A stretch of DNA of 64,000 bases from a virus: IMG/VR virus record IMGVR_UViG_3300000970_000006; one strand, 5' to 3'. The position numbers and the translations under genes were made by a program. The notes under the pieces were generated by a model. The model was not told where the DNA came from. It did no database searches and saw nothing but the letters and a program-made list of their open reading frames with translations. Position 1 is the first letter of the stretch. Each line of letters opens with the position of its first letter. Below are positions 10,302-20,300 of the stretch, piece by piece.

Positions 10302-10411
10302 GATTCAATCTCTTCTGTTGTATAATCTCCGCCACGATATTCCTTTAATTCGAAGATGGTCTGGTAATACTCAGTTAAAGAAATATAACTCGTAGCGGCT
10401 ATTAAAAATTT
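10214..10411 (-). CDS. 51: gp51-like baseplate hub assembly domain with no start codon (missed by ORF track)
   Basis: FLIAATSYISLTEYYQTIFELKEY...TTEEIESWFPYERILYTHLIHQRIEE matches gp51 pattern (YY..F.L...EIE...PYER..Y..L); -1 frame relative to gp26. Confidence 0.75.
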   Translation of the reverse strand, partial: KFLIAATSYISLTEYYQTIFELKEYRGGDYTTEEIESWFPYERILYTHLIHQRIEERHQAALQNQ

Positions 10412-11109
10412 GATAAACCAGATACCTTATGTATCTTTTCATGACCATCTTCGCATTTAGTGGTCACTTCTAGATAAGCATTAGGTGATTTTGAAAAATA
10501 CTTAGTTATTTGTGCAAATACCGGTTTAGGTAAATTTGAATAAAATTCTAACCATTCATCATCTGAAATTCCTTCGAGTTCAAACTGCTCATCATTTTGA
10601 ACAATTGACACAAAAGATTTTCTCAATATATCTATATCTGATGTAGAAGCGTCAGTGTCAGATTGAATAAATGTGTTAAAACTCATTGGTCTTAGAGTAA
10701 TAATAATATCACCATCATCCTGAGTAACTGTAATTTTATCATCCGTTTTTTCTATTTCAGATGTTTTAAAAGCTTCAGTTAAGTCGATTGATACATTACA
10801 TTCTTTTTCACAACCTTCGTGACCACATGCAATTGTAAGATTCGCGACTTCATTGATAGATTTTGCTCTAATCATAATAAAAGCATATACACAATCAATA
10901 TAAGATTCTATGTCAGGGTCAATAGCATCTGACGTACATACTTTTAAAATATTAGCAATCGCGACTCCCATTTCTGCTGGGTCTTTACCTTCTTTTGCTT
11001 GAAGAATAACATTTTCCTCAGCAACAGTATAAGGTCGATAATCTATTTTTTTGCCTGACATTGGCAAAGTCATACTAAATCTTTTAATAGCAATTTTAGG
11101 TAGCGCCAT
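10402..11109 (-). CDS. 26: gp26 baseplate hub subunit
   Basis: MALPKI...LPMSGKKIDYRPYTVAEENVILQA, FIMIRAKSINE, CxxC motifs, ends GLSNF. Confidence 0.9.
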   Translation of the reverse strand: MALPKIAIKRFSMTLPMSGKKIDYRPYTVAEENVILQAKEGKDPAEMGVAIANILKVCTSDAIDPDIESYIDCVYAFIMIRAKSINEVANLTIACGHEGCEKECNVSIDLTEAFKTSEIEKTDDKITVTQDDGDIIITLRPMSFNTFIQSDTDASTSDIDILRKSFVSIVQNDEQFELEGISDDEWLEFYSNLPKPVFAQITKYFSKSPNAYLEVTTKCEDGHEKIHKVSGLSNF

Positions 11110-11131
11110 TTACAATTCCTTTTTTCTAATG

Positions 11132-11146
11132 TACAATGTATATATC
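11132..11146 (-). promoter_or_regulatory. Candidate late promoter GATATATACATTGTA upstream of gp26
   Basis: Identical 15-mer upstream of gp48 (37759-37773) at similar distance from ATG. Confidence 0.55.
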
Positions 11147-11170
11147 TAATAATTGAGAGGACTAACAGAT

Positions 11171-11365
11171 ATGTCATTAAATCCTAAACATATAGATGAA
11201 TAAATCACTGAATGCATGCAAAATGCTAAAGAAAATGGTTTTGATATGAGCGAAATACCTATTGACGAATTAGCTATGAATATGTATTTATGCGCATCAG
11301 GATTTGTTGAACATTTAACTGTTAATGAAATTGCAGATTACTTGTTTAATTATAGAAACACATGA
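11171..11365 (+). pseudogene. 64-codon ORF interrupted by in-frame TAA at 11201
   Basis: GAGAGGA RBS, ATG 11171, TAA at codon 11, frame continues to TGA overlapping next ATG (ATGA). Confidence 0.5.
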
Positions 11366-11574
11366 AATATTATACTGATGGAAAGCGCCATTTAGTATGC
11401 GTTCCGTATTCAATAAAAAATTTACATTTAATGGCCAAAAATTTGAACATTAAAAGTTGTTGGTTTCATAAAAATCATTATGATATTCCGAAAACACGCA
11501 TCAATGAAATAGAAGCGTGTTGCGAATTAGTATCATCTAAAGACATCGTTCGAATTATTAAAAATAAATACTAA
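11362..11574 (+). CDS. DUF4031-like small protein
   Basis: HLVCVPYSIKNLHLMAKNLNIKSCWFHKNHYDI. Confidence 0.6.
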   Translation: MKYYTDGKRHLVCVPYSIKNLHLMAKNLNIKSCWFHKNHYDIPKTRINEIEACCELVSSKDIVRIIKNKY

Positions 11575-11604
11575 AAAGCCCGCATTATGCGGGCCTTTCT
11601 TTTG
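11573..11604. terminator. Bidirectional terminator between convergent genes
   Basis: aaaaagcccgc-attat-gcgggcctttctttt. Confidence 0.8.
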
Positions 11605-11618
11605 TTATTGATGATTAA

Positions 11619-12059
11619 TTATATTCCAATTTCATCATTATCGGCATCAATAAACATTGAATCATCCATGGAATATTCCCACATATCGATAATGTTATTG
11701 CCTTCATCATTCATGACGCTAAGAGTTTTAACAACTTCATTAATCATTTCTTCCATTAACATCATTTGTTCGTCGCTTAATTCGACTGTTATGCCTTTAC
11801 CATGCATATAAAAGAAATCTTTAATTTCTTGATTTAATGACGGAACAAAATCAATCAAAAATGACGCAGGAGAAGTCCAATTATTACCAAAACCATTATT
11901 ATAAAAGTCATAATAAATTTTAGTGGCTGCTCTCCAAATTTCACCTTTTAGTGTTTCTGCTTGGCCACTTATAGGAACTAATTCATCTAAGAAATTAGCT
12001 GCTCCTTGATGCTCTCCAGCATTTTTCCAATATGTTTTTTCTAACATAATATTCTCCAT
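11619..12059 (-). CDS. Hypothetical early protein
   Basis: GGAG RBS, own promoter; YWKNAGEHQ...GEIWRAATKIYYDFYNNG. Confidence 0.7.
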   Translation of the reverse strand: MENIMLEKTYWKNAGEHQGAANFLDELVPISGQAETLKGEIWRAATKIYYDFYNNGFGNNWTSPASFLIDFVPSLNQEIKDFFYMHGKGITVELSDEQMMLMEEMINEVVKTLSVMNDEGNNIIDMWEYSMDDSMFIDADNDEIGI

Positions 12060-12080
12060 GATTTGTTATTTAACATAATC

Positions 12081-12109
12081 ACAATACATTATATTCTAGA
12101 GATTGTACA
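12081..12109 (-). promoter_or_regulatory. Early sigma70-type promoter
   Basis: (CTG)TGTACA-17 bp-TATTGT, same architecture as 4898-4926. Confidence 0.65.
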
Positions 12110-12128
12110 CAGTTTATAGAGAAATTTT

Positions 12129-12162
12129 GCTGGTCGCGGCCAAGGAGGAGAAACCCACCAGC
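12129..12162 (-). ncRNA. 3'-UTR hairpin with anti-SD loop (CUCCUCCUU) after gp15
   Basis: gctggt/accagc stem enclosing tttctcctccttgg on minus strand. Confidence 0.4.
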
Positions 12163-12191
12163 TCTAACTGAGGCACTAATTCAGTCAGTTG

Positions 12192-12995
12192 TTATTCAGG
12201 CAATTCTTCAGGTTCTTGAATATCTATATTATCATCTGTTGTAATATATCTAAAGCTTGCCAAATCGTTTGTTTCGAACGTATCTAAATCTGTATGAACA
12301 TCCATATGAATTTTTTCAATAAGACCTTGTTGACTATATGGAATGTCTGTATCTCCAGCCATTGTATCTTCTAATATAGAACCGACTGGACCAAACAGAC
12401 TTGCTTGCATCACGAAATCCATACTAAATGTTACCATTCGAATATCATCTAATAACGATCCTTCAGACGAGTCTTCCCACGAAACTCCAGTTAGCACAAC
12501 AGGAACGTCTACATGGTCGTCTGGTATAAAATTTGTTAATGTTAACGTAACAGACGGGTCAAAAGCCCACATGATTTGTTCTGCAATAGCTTGGGCATCA
12601 TGTTTGGACCGAGTCATTATAGTCAAAGTAAAATTTAAATCATACGGAACGGGAGGAAGGTATTTTTGAGTTTCGCCGTTTTCGCCTTGGAATGAATGCG
12701 ATTTAGAGCGTGGTAATCTTCTGTTCGGCACATACGTCATTGAATTCATTTGATAGACCATTCTAGGAAAACTATCAACGAATTTTGTATCTAATGCACC
12801 ATCATCGTCACGGTGTTCTTTAAGTCTACGTAAAAATTTATCGCCTGACCAATTATCAATCGGAACTTCAAATGTTTTTCTAATACTGCCATCTGAATTT
12901 AGACGAAAGAATTTTATTTGAGAAAGCAAATATCCAAAAGCGTTTTCGTAACGCGCAATATTTTTATTTTGGTGATAAGGTATAAATGCAGTCAT
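12192..12995 (-). CDS. 15: gp15 tail sheath stabiliser / tail terminator
   Basis: FPRMVYQMNSMTY, PVPYDLNFTLTIMTR, AEQIMWAFDP. Confidence 0.9.
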   Translation of the reverse strand: MTAFIPYHQNKNIARYENAFGYLLSQIKFFRLNSDGSIRKTFEVPIDNWSGDKFLRRLKEHRDDDGALDTKFVDSFPRMVYQMNSMTYVPNRRLPRSKSHSFQGENGETQKYLPPVPYDLNFTLTIMTRSKHDAQAIAEQIMWAFDPSVTLTLTNFIPDDHVDVPVVLTGVSWEDSSEGSLLDDIRMVTFSMDFVMQASLFGPVGSILEDTMAGDTDIPYSQQGLIEKIHMDVHTDLDTFETNDLASFRYITTDDNIDIQEPEELPE

Positions 12996-13627
12996 TATCT
13001 TCTATCCGGTATAACACCAATATCATTGATTAATTCATTATCGTACGTGTCACCTTCATCATAATCTTCAATAGGTTGATTATCATCAGTTAATTCGTCA
13101 GGAACTTCTAATAAATCGATGATTGGGTCATCTAAATCGTCACTTAAAAATTGTTCGCCAGATGAACGGAAAGGTTGACACTCTAATTTATATACATGAT
13201 AACGCTGAGCTACTTCTGTATCAACAGCTTTAATTTCAAATAATTTTTGAATACCAGGTACGAATATTATATCGCCTTCGTTTGGCTGGTCAGGATTTCT
13301 TAATGCTGAATCATCAATTATATTTTCGAAACGTGTTTTGGATATAATAATTGTTGCACCTTCAGTAGGAGATTGAAGACCAAGTCTATCAAGAAAGAAT
13401 GATGACGCCGCAAAATTTTCAAATTCTTCAACATACATTTCGATATCAAACCCGCGGCGAAAATTGCTGTCAGTAACTTCGTTTTGAAGTTCATCATCTA
13501 TAACATCTGTGCGAGGTATGTAAACACAATCTTGACCATAGAATTGAATGCTTTCAATTACCAAATCATCTTGTAAATTATATTCATTTTCTTGTCTATA
13601 ATGGTCAATATACTGATTAGTAGTCAT
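12995..13627 (-). CDS. 14: gp14 neck protein
   Basis: DLVIESIQFYGQDCVYIPR, IEMYVEEFE, PNEGDIIFVP. Confidence 0.9.
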   Translation of the reverse strand: MTTNQYIDHYRQENEYNLQDDLVIESIQFYGQDCVYIPRTDVIDDELQNEVTDSNFRRGFDIEMYVEEFENFAASSFFLDRLGLQSPTEGATIIISKTRFENIIDDSALRNPDQPNEGDIIFVPGIQKLFEIKAVDTEVAQRYHVYKLECQPFRSSGEQFLSDDLDDPIIDLLEVPDELTDDNQPIEDYDEGDTYDNELINDIGVIPDRR

Positions 13628-13630
13628 AAT

Positions 13631-14431
13631 TTATCCAATCAATATTGGAGGCGGAAAGCCCCATTTTTCCATTACATCTTGCTCGAGTTTTTGCATTTCT
13701 TCTTTGGCTTCATTGTAAATAAATTCACCATTTAATGTAGGATTAGCTCCAAATAAAGCGCCTCCGCCAAATTTAGTTAAGTTAGAACCCCATTGATATT
13801 TAACACACGCCGTTGCATAATCTTTTAACCAGGGTTCTCCCCATACGGTAGATGGGTCGTCTCCTACAATATCCATCATATTCATATAAGCTTCATACAT
13901 TATGTATGTGCCTTCTTTGAATTTATCAAAATTAGTATCGATGTATAAACGTCTAGTGTGTTTATTCCATCGATAATTATCTTCATTTGCATACGTAAAT
14001 TCAGTATCAGCTCTATATTGGTCCATTAAATAAATGTAAACGCGAGATGCTCCTTCATCACCAAATCCACCTGCGGGACCCATACCTCTAAATCCAGGTG
14101 TTCTATTAAATGATGAGCCAGAAAGGGTTAATATATCGCGTGAGCCATTTGGTTCTGTTACCTTTGATTTATTAGCATCATAACTAATTACACGAACGAT
14201 TGAATTTATACCAGGAGGTGTTTCAAAATATTTTTGTGATATTTCAGTTGATGTAATAGGATGTGCAACATACACATTTTCTGAACCATTTCGATGATAA
14301 TCATGAAATAAATCCACTGCCTGTTGAATACGATTTTCATATTGAACATCTGCAATATTTAATCGTATAACCGGTTCACCAAGCTGTTGTTTAATGTATT
14401 CGATTAATTCTGATTTTGATGTGATTGCCAA
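13631..14431 (-). CDS. 13: gp13 neck protein
   Basis: ELIEYIKQQLGEPVI, WLKDYATACVKYQWGSNLTKF, LNGEFIYNEA. Confidence 0.92.
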   Translation of the reverse strand: MAITSKSELIEYIKQQLGEPVIRLNIADVQYENRIQQAVDLFHDYHRNGSENVYVAHPITSTEISQKYFETPPGINSIVRVISYDANKSKVTEPNGSRDILTLSGSSFNRTPGFRGMGPAGGFGDEGASRVYIYLMDQYRADTEFTYANEDNYRWNKHTRRLYIDTNFDKFKEGTYIMYEAYMNMMDIVGDDPSTVWGEPWLKDYATACVKYQWGSNLTKFGGGALFGANPTLNGEFIYNEAKEEMQKLEQDVMEKWGFPPPILIG

Positions 14432-14442
14432 GTGCTATTCCT

Positions 14443-14970
14443 TTAAGGCCAATATTTATCGTCTTCATAATCAGCCGGAATTTCTGGAAGGTCTTTTAAA
14501 TTACGTGCTGCGAAAATATGTATCGAAACCCAATTAGCTGCAATATCACCTAATCCTGATACCATAGGAGCTGTCATTTCTAGTCTTGTATTATCTGCAG
14601 TAATCCAACTAAATGGTTGTGCTAATTCTTTTTCAGCAGGGTCAGTGACATGCCATTTTAAATCTGTCGGATCGGCACCTAATACCAAAGCGAATTTTGC
14701 TGATGTTGCAGCGCCTGTGATATTTTCCTTACTCGAATTATCAAATTCAAATAAATGGTTCATATAAGGAAGTCCTTCGTGAATGCGTCTGTCTCGTTCT
14801 TCGTTTACTTGTGCGGGCATTATTTTACTTGAAGGTTTACTTCCTTCAACTAAACCATGCAACGACAGAAAATTATTAAATTCGTCTAGTGTAGACATCA
14901 TGGGTCCATAAAGACCGCCATTTTCATAATATGCCCATCTTTGAACTTGATTTTCTATTTCGTCTGTCAT
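14443..14970 (-). CDS. Tail fibre assembly chaperone (DUF4376-like)
   Basis: ERDRRI...FEFDNSSKENITGA...WITADN; YEDDKYWP; directly after fibre gene. Confidence 0.7.
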   Translation of the reverse strand: MTDEIENQVQRWAYYENGGLYGPMMSTLDEFNNFLSLHGLVEGSKPSSKIMPAQVNEERDRRIHEGLPYMNHLFEFDNSSKENITGAATSAKFALVLGADPTDLKWHVTDPAEKELAQPFSWITADNTRLEMTAPMVSGLGDIAANWVSIHIFAARNLKDLPEIPADYEDDKYWP

Positions 14971-17162
14971 TATACAAATGCCCTTATAATCATATTAGCT
15001 TGTGCTGTGGTAATGTAATTTGCAGAACCGCTGCCTCTAGTTGAATATATACCATTAGCGCTATGGGAACGAACATAAATATTTGTTTCATCTGCCCAGA
15101 CAACAGCGCCTGAACGGTCTGTTGCGATTTGAACTTCATCATTATTACCAAAACCGCGAACACTTTGAGTCATTTTTAAACGCGCGTCTATTATTTTAGG
15201 CATTTCACCTAAACCGTGAGCAAAAGTATTTACACCACTGGCAGTCCACGAAACTTCACCTGTATCATATATTCTCGTAATAGGCATTTTAACGCCATTA
15301 ATTCGAGGCGTTGCATCATCTGTAGTTCCAGTAAAATCAAAATAATAACCCGAGTATGAATGAAGACGTACTCTATTAGACGCGTTGCCTATATAACCTT
15401 GGTTTTCACCATTAGGACCTTCTATGAAAACATAACCACCATTAACAGTAGAACCTTTAATCAAACCCACCCGACCTGAACCTGCTTCAGAAACTCTTAC
15501 ATTACCAGTAAAAGTTGCACCTGTTAAATCAGCCTTTTCGGTTAAATCAGTTTCTGTTGAAACTTTTTTCCAAGTAGTATATGAATTACTATTAGTAGAG
15601 TCAGCTATGCGAATGTATAGTTCTCGGTTATTAGCCAATGACGCAAACTGCGTTCTTTGCCCCGCAGAATATAAAGTAAACCCAACGCCATCTATGTTCG
15701 GATTTGCCAATTCACCTGTATTACCGGACGTAATACTATTTGTACTAAAAGAAAACGGTTTATTATGTGTTATATTATCTAAATCGGTTTCAGCGGTGGT
15801 GGGCACACCTGTATTTTCATTAAGAACTCTATAAGTATCTTCATATAAATCAGCTCTAACTCGAACAGTACCATTTCCAGATGAACCTCTTGAACCTAAA
15901 CTCAAACGAGTATTAGCTGTTTCCCACCAAAAAATATTTGATGCACCACCTGCTCCTGATTGTAATACAGCAAAATCATTACTACCAAGAGATAAATTAT
16001 TATTGCCAAATCTATCTAATTTGTCATCAATTAAATCTTCAAAATATGTCGGGTCTGTTAATACCAATTCACCGCCAACTTTTAATTGACCGGTTGAGAC
16101 ATTAATATCACCTTCTCCAGTCACATCAATACGTGCGGCTAAACCTTCAACTCCGGAACCATTATTATTGAAATTTATTTGTCCAATAATACCATTTAAT
16201 GAAGTTCTGGCACCTGTCATTCGCAATTCTGAAAATGAACCTGATACTGATGTGGTATTTATTTCAATTTTTGAGTTGCCTGAACGATTTAATTCAATAT
16301 TATCATTAAATAAGAAATCACCGCCTTCGCTATTGAATAATATATCGCCTAAGCCATATTGATTAAATTCTAATCGGCCGCTAACACCACTGCCGCGTGT
16401 AATATCCGCATTAGGAGTATTTGTGCTTGACGCCGCGTGAAATTCAACTAAGGCATCTCCACCAACTAAACCTTGACCAATTTTTAAAAATTTGGATGAC
16501 ATTGTTGTAAAAGCATTATTATGATTTACAATAATATCTCCTGTAAAAGCTTGACCCGCAACGTCTGCGGCGGTATATCCAAGTCTAGCATTTATATCAG
16601 TATAAAATGAACCGTGTTGACCATCTAATAAATCTGCATCTAGTCCTGAAGCTGCACCATCGTTTCCAGCGTGCCACACTTCATTATTTAATATAGTAAC
16701 ATTACCAGTAAAATTATCACCGGCCTTATTAATTGGTACATATCCTAAACGCGCAGGTATATCAGTATAATATACGCCGTGTTGACCATCTAATAAATCA
16801 GAGTCAAGGCCTGAACCCTCGCCTTGCGCTTGTTCATCTCTAATTGTTGCTAGTAAACGAACTTCATTAATAGCTTCTACTAAATTTGAATTAGCATCAG
16901 TATCAAGTAATGTAAGATCGCCAATCGCAATTTCAGGATTAGCTGCATTAAATTCTATAATACTATTAATAGCATCAATAATAGTATCAGTATTTTGAGT
17001 ATTTAGATTATCTAATGGTGTGCCGAGTAAACTTGTTATTTCTTCGATTTTACTGTATTGGAATTCAGTATTTGCGATTAATAAATTTAGCGCATTTACA
17101 ATAGTGTCAAGGTCATCACTAACGAAAACATCATTGATATTAACCGGTTCATATATATTCAT
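14970..17162 (-). CDS. Tail fibre / whisker-like receptor-binding protein
   Basis: GSGLDxDLLDGQHG repeats, KADLTGATFTG, EVWHAGN, NTFAHGLG motifs; position upstream of gp13. Confidence 0.8.
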   Translation of the reverse strand: MNIYEPVNINDVFVSDDLDTIVNALNLLIANTEFQYSKIEEITSLLGTPLDNLNTQNTDTIIDAINSIIEFNAANPEIAIGDLTLLDTDANSNLVEAINEVRLLATIRDEQAQGEGSGLDSDLLDGQHGVYYTDIPARLGYVPINKAGDNFTGNVTILNNEVWHAGNDGAASGLDADLLDGQHGSFYTDINARLGYTAADVAGQAFTGDIIVNHNNAFTTMSSKFLKIGQGLVGGDALVEFHAASSTNTPNADITRGSGVSGRLEFNQYGLGDILFNSEGGDFLFNDNIELNRSGNSKIEINTTSVSGSFSELRMTGARTSLNGIIGQINFNNNGSGVEGLAARIDVTGEGDINVSTGQLKVGGELVLTDPTYFEDLIDDKLDRFGNNNLSLGSNDFAVLQSGAGGASNIFWWETANTRLSLGSRGSSGNGTVRVRADLYEDTYRVLNENTGVPTTAETDLDNITHNKPFSFSTNSITSGNTGELANPNIDGVGFTLYSAGQRTQFASLANNRELYIRIADSTNSNSYTTWKKVSTETDLTEKADLTGATFTGNVRVSEAGSGRVGLIKGSTVNGGYVFIEGPNGENQGYIGNASNRVRLHSYSGYYFDFTGTTDDATPRINGVKMPITRIYDTGEVSWTASGVNTFAHGLGEMPKIIDARLKMTQSVRGFGNNDEVQIATDRSGAVVWADETNIYVRSHSANGIYSTRGSGSANYITTAQANMIIRAFV
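16540..16817 (-). repeat. Tandem about 55-codon repeat within tail fibre
   Basis: Two copies of GLDxDLLDGQHGxxYTDIxARLGY; DNA ccgtgttgaccatctaataaatc occurs twice. Confidence 0.8.
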
Positions 17163-17163
17163 A

Positions 17164-17328
17164 CTATTGCCTTAATACAGATTCTAATAATTCAATACGG
17201 CGTTCTAAGTCATTTATTTTCTTAATCAAGCCATTTGATTTATTTATATTTTTAATTTCTGCTTCTTTCTGGGGGGTCATTTTAAATTCGACCGCCCCAG
17301 ATTTACGTCTAATTAAATCATTACGCAT
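17164..17328 (-). CDS. Small 54-aa coiled-coil protein (missed by ORF track)
   Basis: MRNDLIRRKSGAVEFK...INDLERRIELLESVLRQ; TAATG-coupled to upstream gene. Confidence 0.65.
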   Translation of the reverse strand: MRNDLIRRKSGAVEFKMTPQKEAEIKNINKSNGLIKKINDLERRIELLESVLRQ

Positions 17329-20300
17329 TAAAGCACCGCTGAAATTATTCTCATATCTTTTATTCGTGGAACGTAACTGCTGTTTCCAGCAAGCATTACA
17401 ATCTTAGTTTGATACTCAATAATTTTATTATGATTTACACCATTATAAGAATATGCAAGAGTTCCATCCTGTGGTTCCCATAAATTTTCAACGAATTGTA
17501 AAGGGTCTTCATTTACAAGAGGACGGTCAGAACGTCTTTGCATTGGAACCCATTCAACATTTGAAATATCACGCGGGTCTGTTGAAGATTTTGCTCGCAT
17601 ATATAACTGAATATCAGCTTGTGCAGGCACGTTTACGTCCGCATAAACTTGAATGTAATCAGTGGCGTATGTTTCAGATAAAACAACCGGTTTAGTAAAG
17701 TATCTAGCATTTGCGTTGCCGCCTTGTGTACGATTTTCAAATGCGTCATAGGTTATATTAGCATTTCCTGATACTACAATATTGGCGCTATCAATAAAAC
17801 CAGAGCCTTCTTCAAGCGTTTGCACACCAATAAGCTGTCCAGAATTATTTAAAATGCCGATACCAGAATAATCAACACCGTTTGGAGATTCAGCTGTAAT
17901 AGTAGGTGGCGCAGAATAACCAGAGCCAGAATCAACTATATTAAAATCATCTTCTTTTAATCCATAATCGTTAACATTATTTTTAATCAGTGTAACAGAT
18001 GTTCTAGCAATGTTTATTAATGGGCTAGTGTATTTGTTAACAGTACTAGCAGTAGCTACAATTGGCATATCACCACTAGCAGCCAAAATTCTTTCATTTG
18101 GATGCAATAGATTTTCATTAGCAATAATCGGATAAGGCGTAGATAAAGTCGATGTTGATTCTAATTTACTTTGCGCAGACCAATTAATTTTATTAAATGG
18201 TTCATTTGAAATAGCATTAGTTGAAAGCATCGTATGATTAAAATTAAATTGCTCTGTTCCGTGAACAGCATTTAATGATAATATTCTTTCCGTTTGTGTT
18301 TCAAAATCGGCCATATACAAATTATGCATAATATCTTCATTTTGGAACGGTGTCCATGTTCTTTGGTTTTGCGATTTAAACAAAGACCCAAGTACTGGTT
18401 GACTTGTAATTGTGATATCGGTTCCAATAATAAATTGGCCCATTTCTGAAACAAATATTTCATAATCAAGAGAATTAGAAATCACAATAAACGAATATTC
18501 TTTTCCAGGCTCTAAATACACAGGAACTGGGAATGTGAATTTCGTTTCGTTGTTTTTAATATCATCCATGTTATCAGTGTCAGCCGGAATATTGACATCA
18601 TCAGGATTAAGATACGCAGTACCAAATGGGAGTACTGTTGTAGCACTAGGAAAACCATTAACTACAGGTCTAATTTCAACTCGAACAGGAACGCTTGTGT
18701 CTTTTGTCTTAAAGTAAACACCAACGCTTGTAGCAAAAGTTCCTGCTTTATAAACATTTGGGTCCACATAAAATGTTTGAGCAACAGGGTCTCCGCCCTT
18801 ATTGTGAACAATATAACCTTCGACAACATATTGATGGTCGCCATCTAACATCAAATTATAAATTATTTTATTATAATCATCTTCAATAAAATCAATACTA
18901 GTGATTAATTCTTCGACGCCATCTTCTTTGACCATGGTCATACCGACTTCTAATTTCAAAGTCACTATTTCACCATCTACAAGATGCATTTTGGCTTCAT
19001 CACAATCAGGATTTGCACATGCCCAACCGTCAGTAGTTAACATAGGATGTTCTTCGGAGAAGAATGCCCAACCGCCATTTATACTAATCATCGAACGATT
19101 TGCTAATACAGGACTTTCAATACCTAAAACAGTATTACTGCCGCCATTGCCGTTATAAACTTTCTCACCTATTTTAATATCTGATATTTTAATAAGTGTT
19201 CCATCAGCTATAGTAACTAATGCTTTTTCGTCAAAACAGCAACCGCCACCTCCAGGGCCCGCACCAATTGTTTGCGGTGGAGTAGGCGGAATTCTAATTT
19301 CTACATTAACATCTGTTTCGGTGTCAATTAATTCGCGCTCTTGTGTAATAGCAACAGAATTAACTGTAGGTTCTGCTACCGATACCGATACTTCTTGAAC
19401 AGTATTAATTAATCCAGAACTATTAAATACGTATCGTGTTTCTGTTTTGGCGTTTTCAGAAACATTATTAGCTTCATCAGAGAACATAATTTGGCGTTCA
19501 CCTGTTCTAAACGTTCCACCAGGAACTAACATAGAACATTTGAAAAAACCATTATCATCAGTTCGAACTGAACCTTGACCAGATGGTTCATAACCAGGCG
19601 CGGGCGTGATTGAATTATTCATTTTTGTATCATCAATAAATGCATGTAAATCAGCATTCGGTTGTAACTGAAAGCCTGAAATTTCAATATTGAGCTCGCG
19701 CATGTAATATGCCAAACGTGTGTCAATAACTCTATCGCCTAGACTTTTTTCAACTGCTTCAAATGATAATACTCTTTCAGTACCAGTACGAATTTGGTCA
19801 GTTGTAGTAGTTGTAGTAGTTGTGGTTGTAGTTGAAGAACCACGCCCTAATCGTCTTACATCAACATCAACATCTGTTGTAACACCAGTCCATGTTGTTT
19901 GCCAGTCATTCCACTCTGTACCAAATCCACCATTTATTGAATTCCACGCGTCTAAATTGCCAGCTAAATCTACACTTACAGAAGGAGCACGTTCTGTGTC
20001 CATCCAATCATCACTCATTGGATTAGTCTGCATAACACCAGTAATTTTAATCACAAAATACGGCTGAACATTAATAGATTTTGACGCAATTAGATTTTGC
20101 TGAAAAATAAATTCTTCATATGGTAATATAGCATAATCACCAATGGTTTCATTGCCTACAATAGTCATAGTAGTGGCTGAATTATTTAGCGATGTTTTAA
20201 AACGGTCACTAATAAATCCAGGACGTAATTCTTGTTTTACTGTATCAATAGAACATGAATAATCAGGAGAATTAGGGTCACCTATTTTATGGCCAGAAAA

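Noticed and set aside
11201-11203. Genome-wide stop-codon reassignment
   Set aside because: Conserved genes are full length in the standard code and end in TAA, TAG or TGA
12131-12185. tRNA remnant (ends in CCA, has AGTTAGAGC)
   Set aside because: No acceptor-stem partner, T-arm or anticodon arm; better explained as an anti-SD hairpin
19720-20067. Plus-strand ORF with poly-Val run, and the GTT/GTA repeat itself
   Set aside because: Antisense shadow of a poly-Thr linker in the 1905-aa protein
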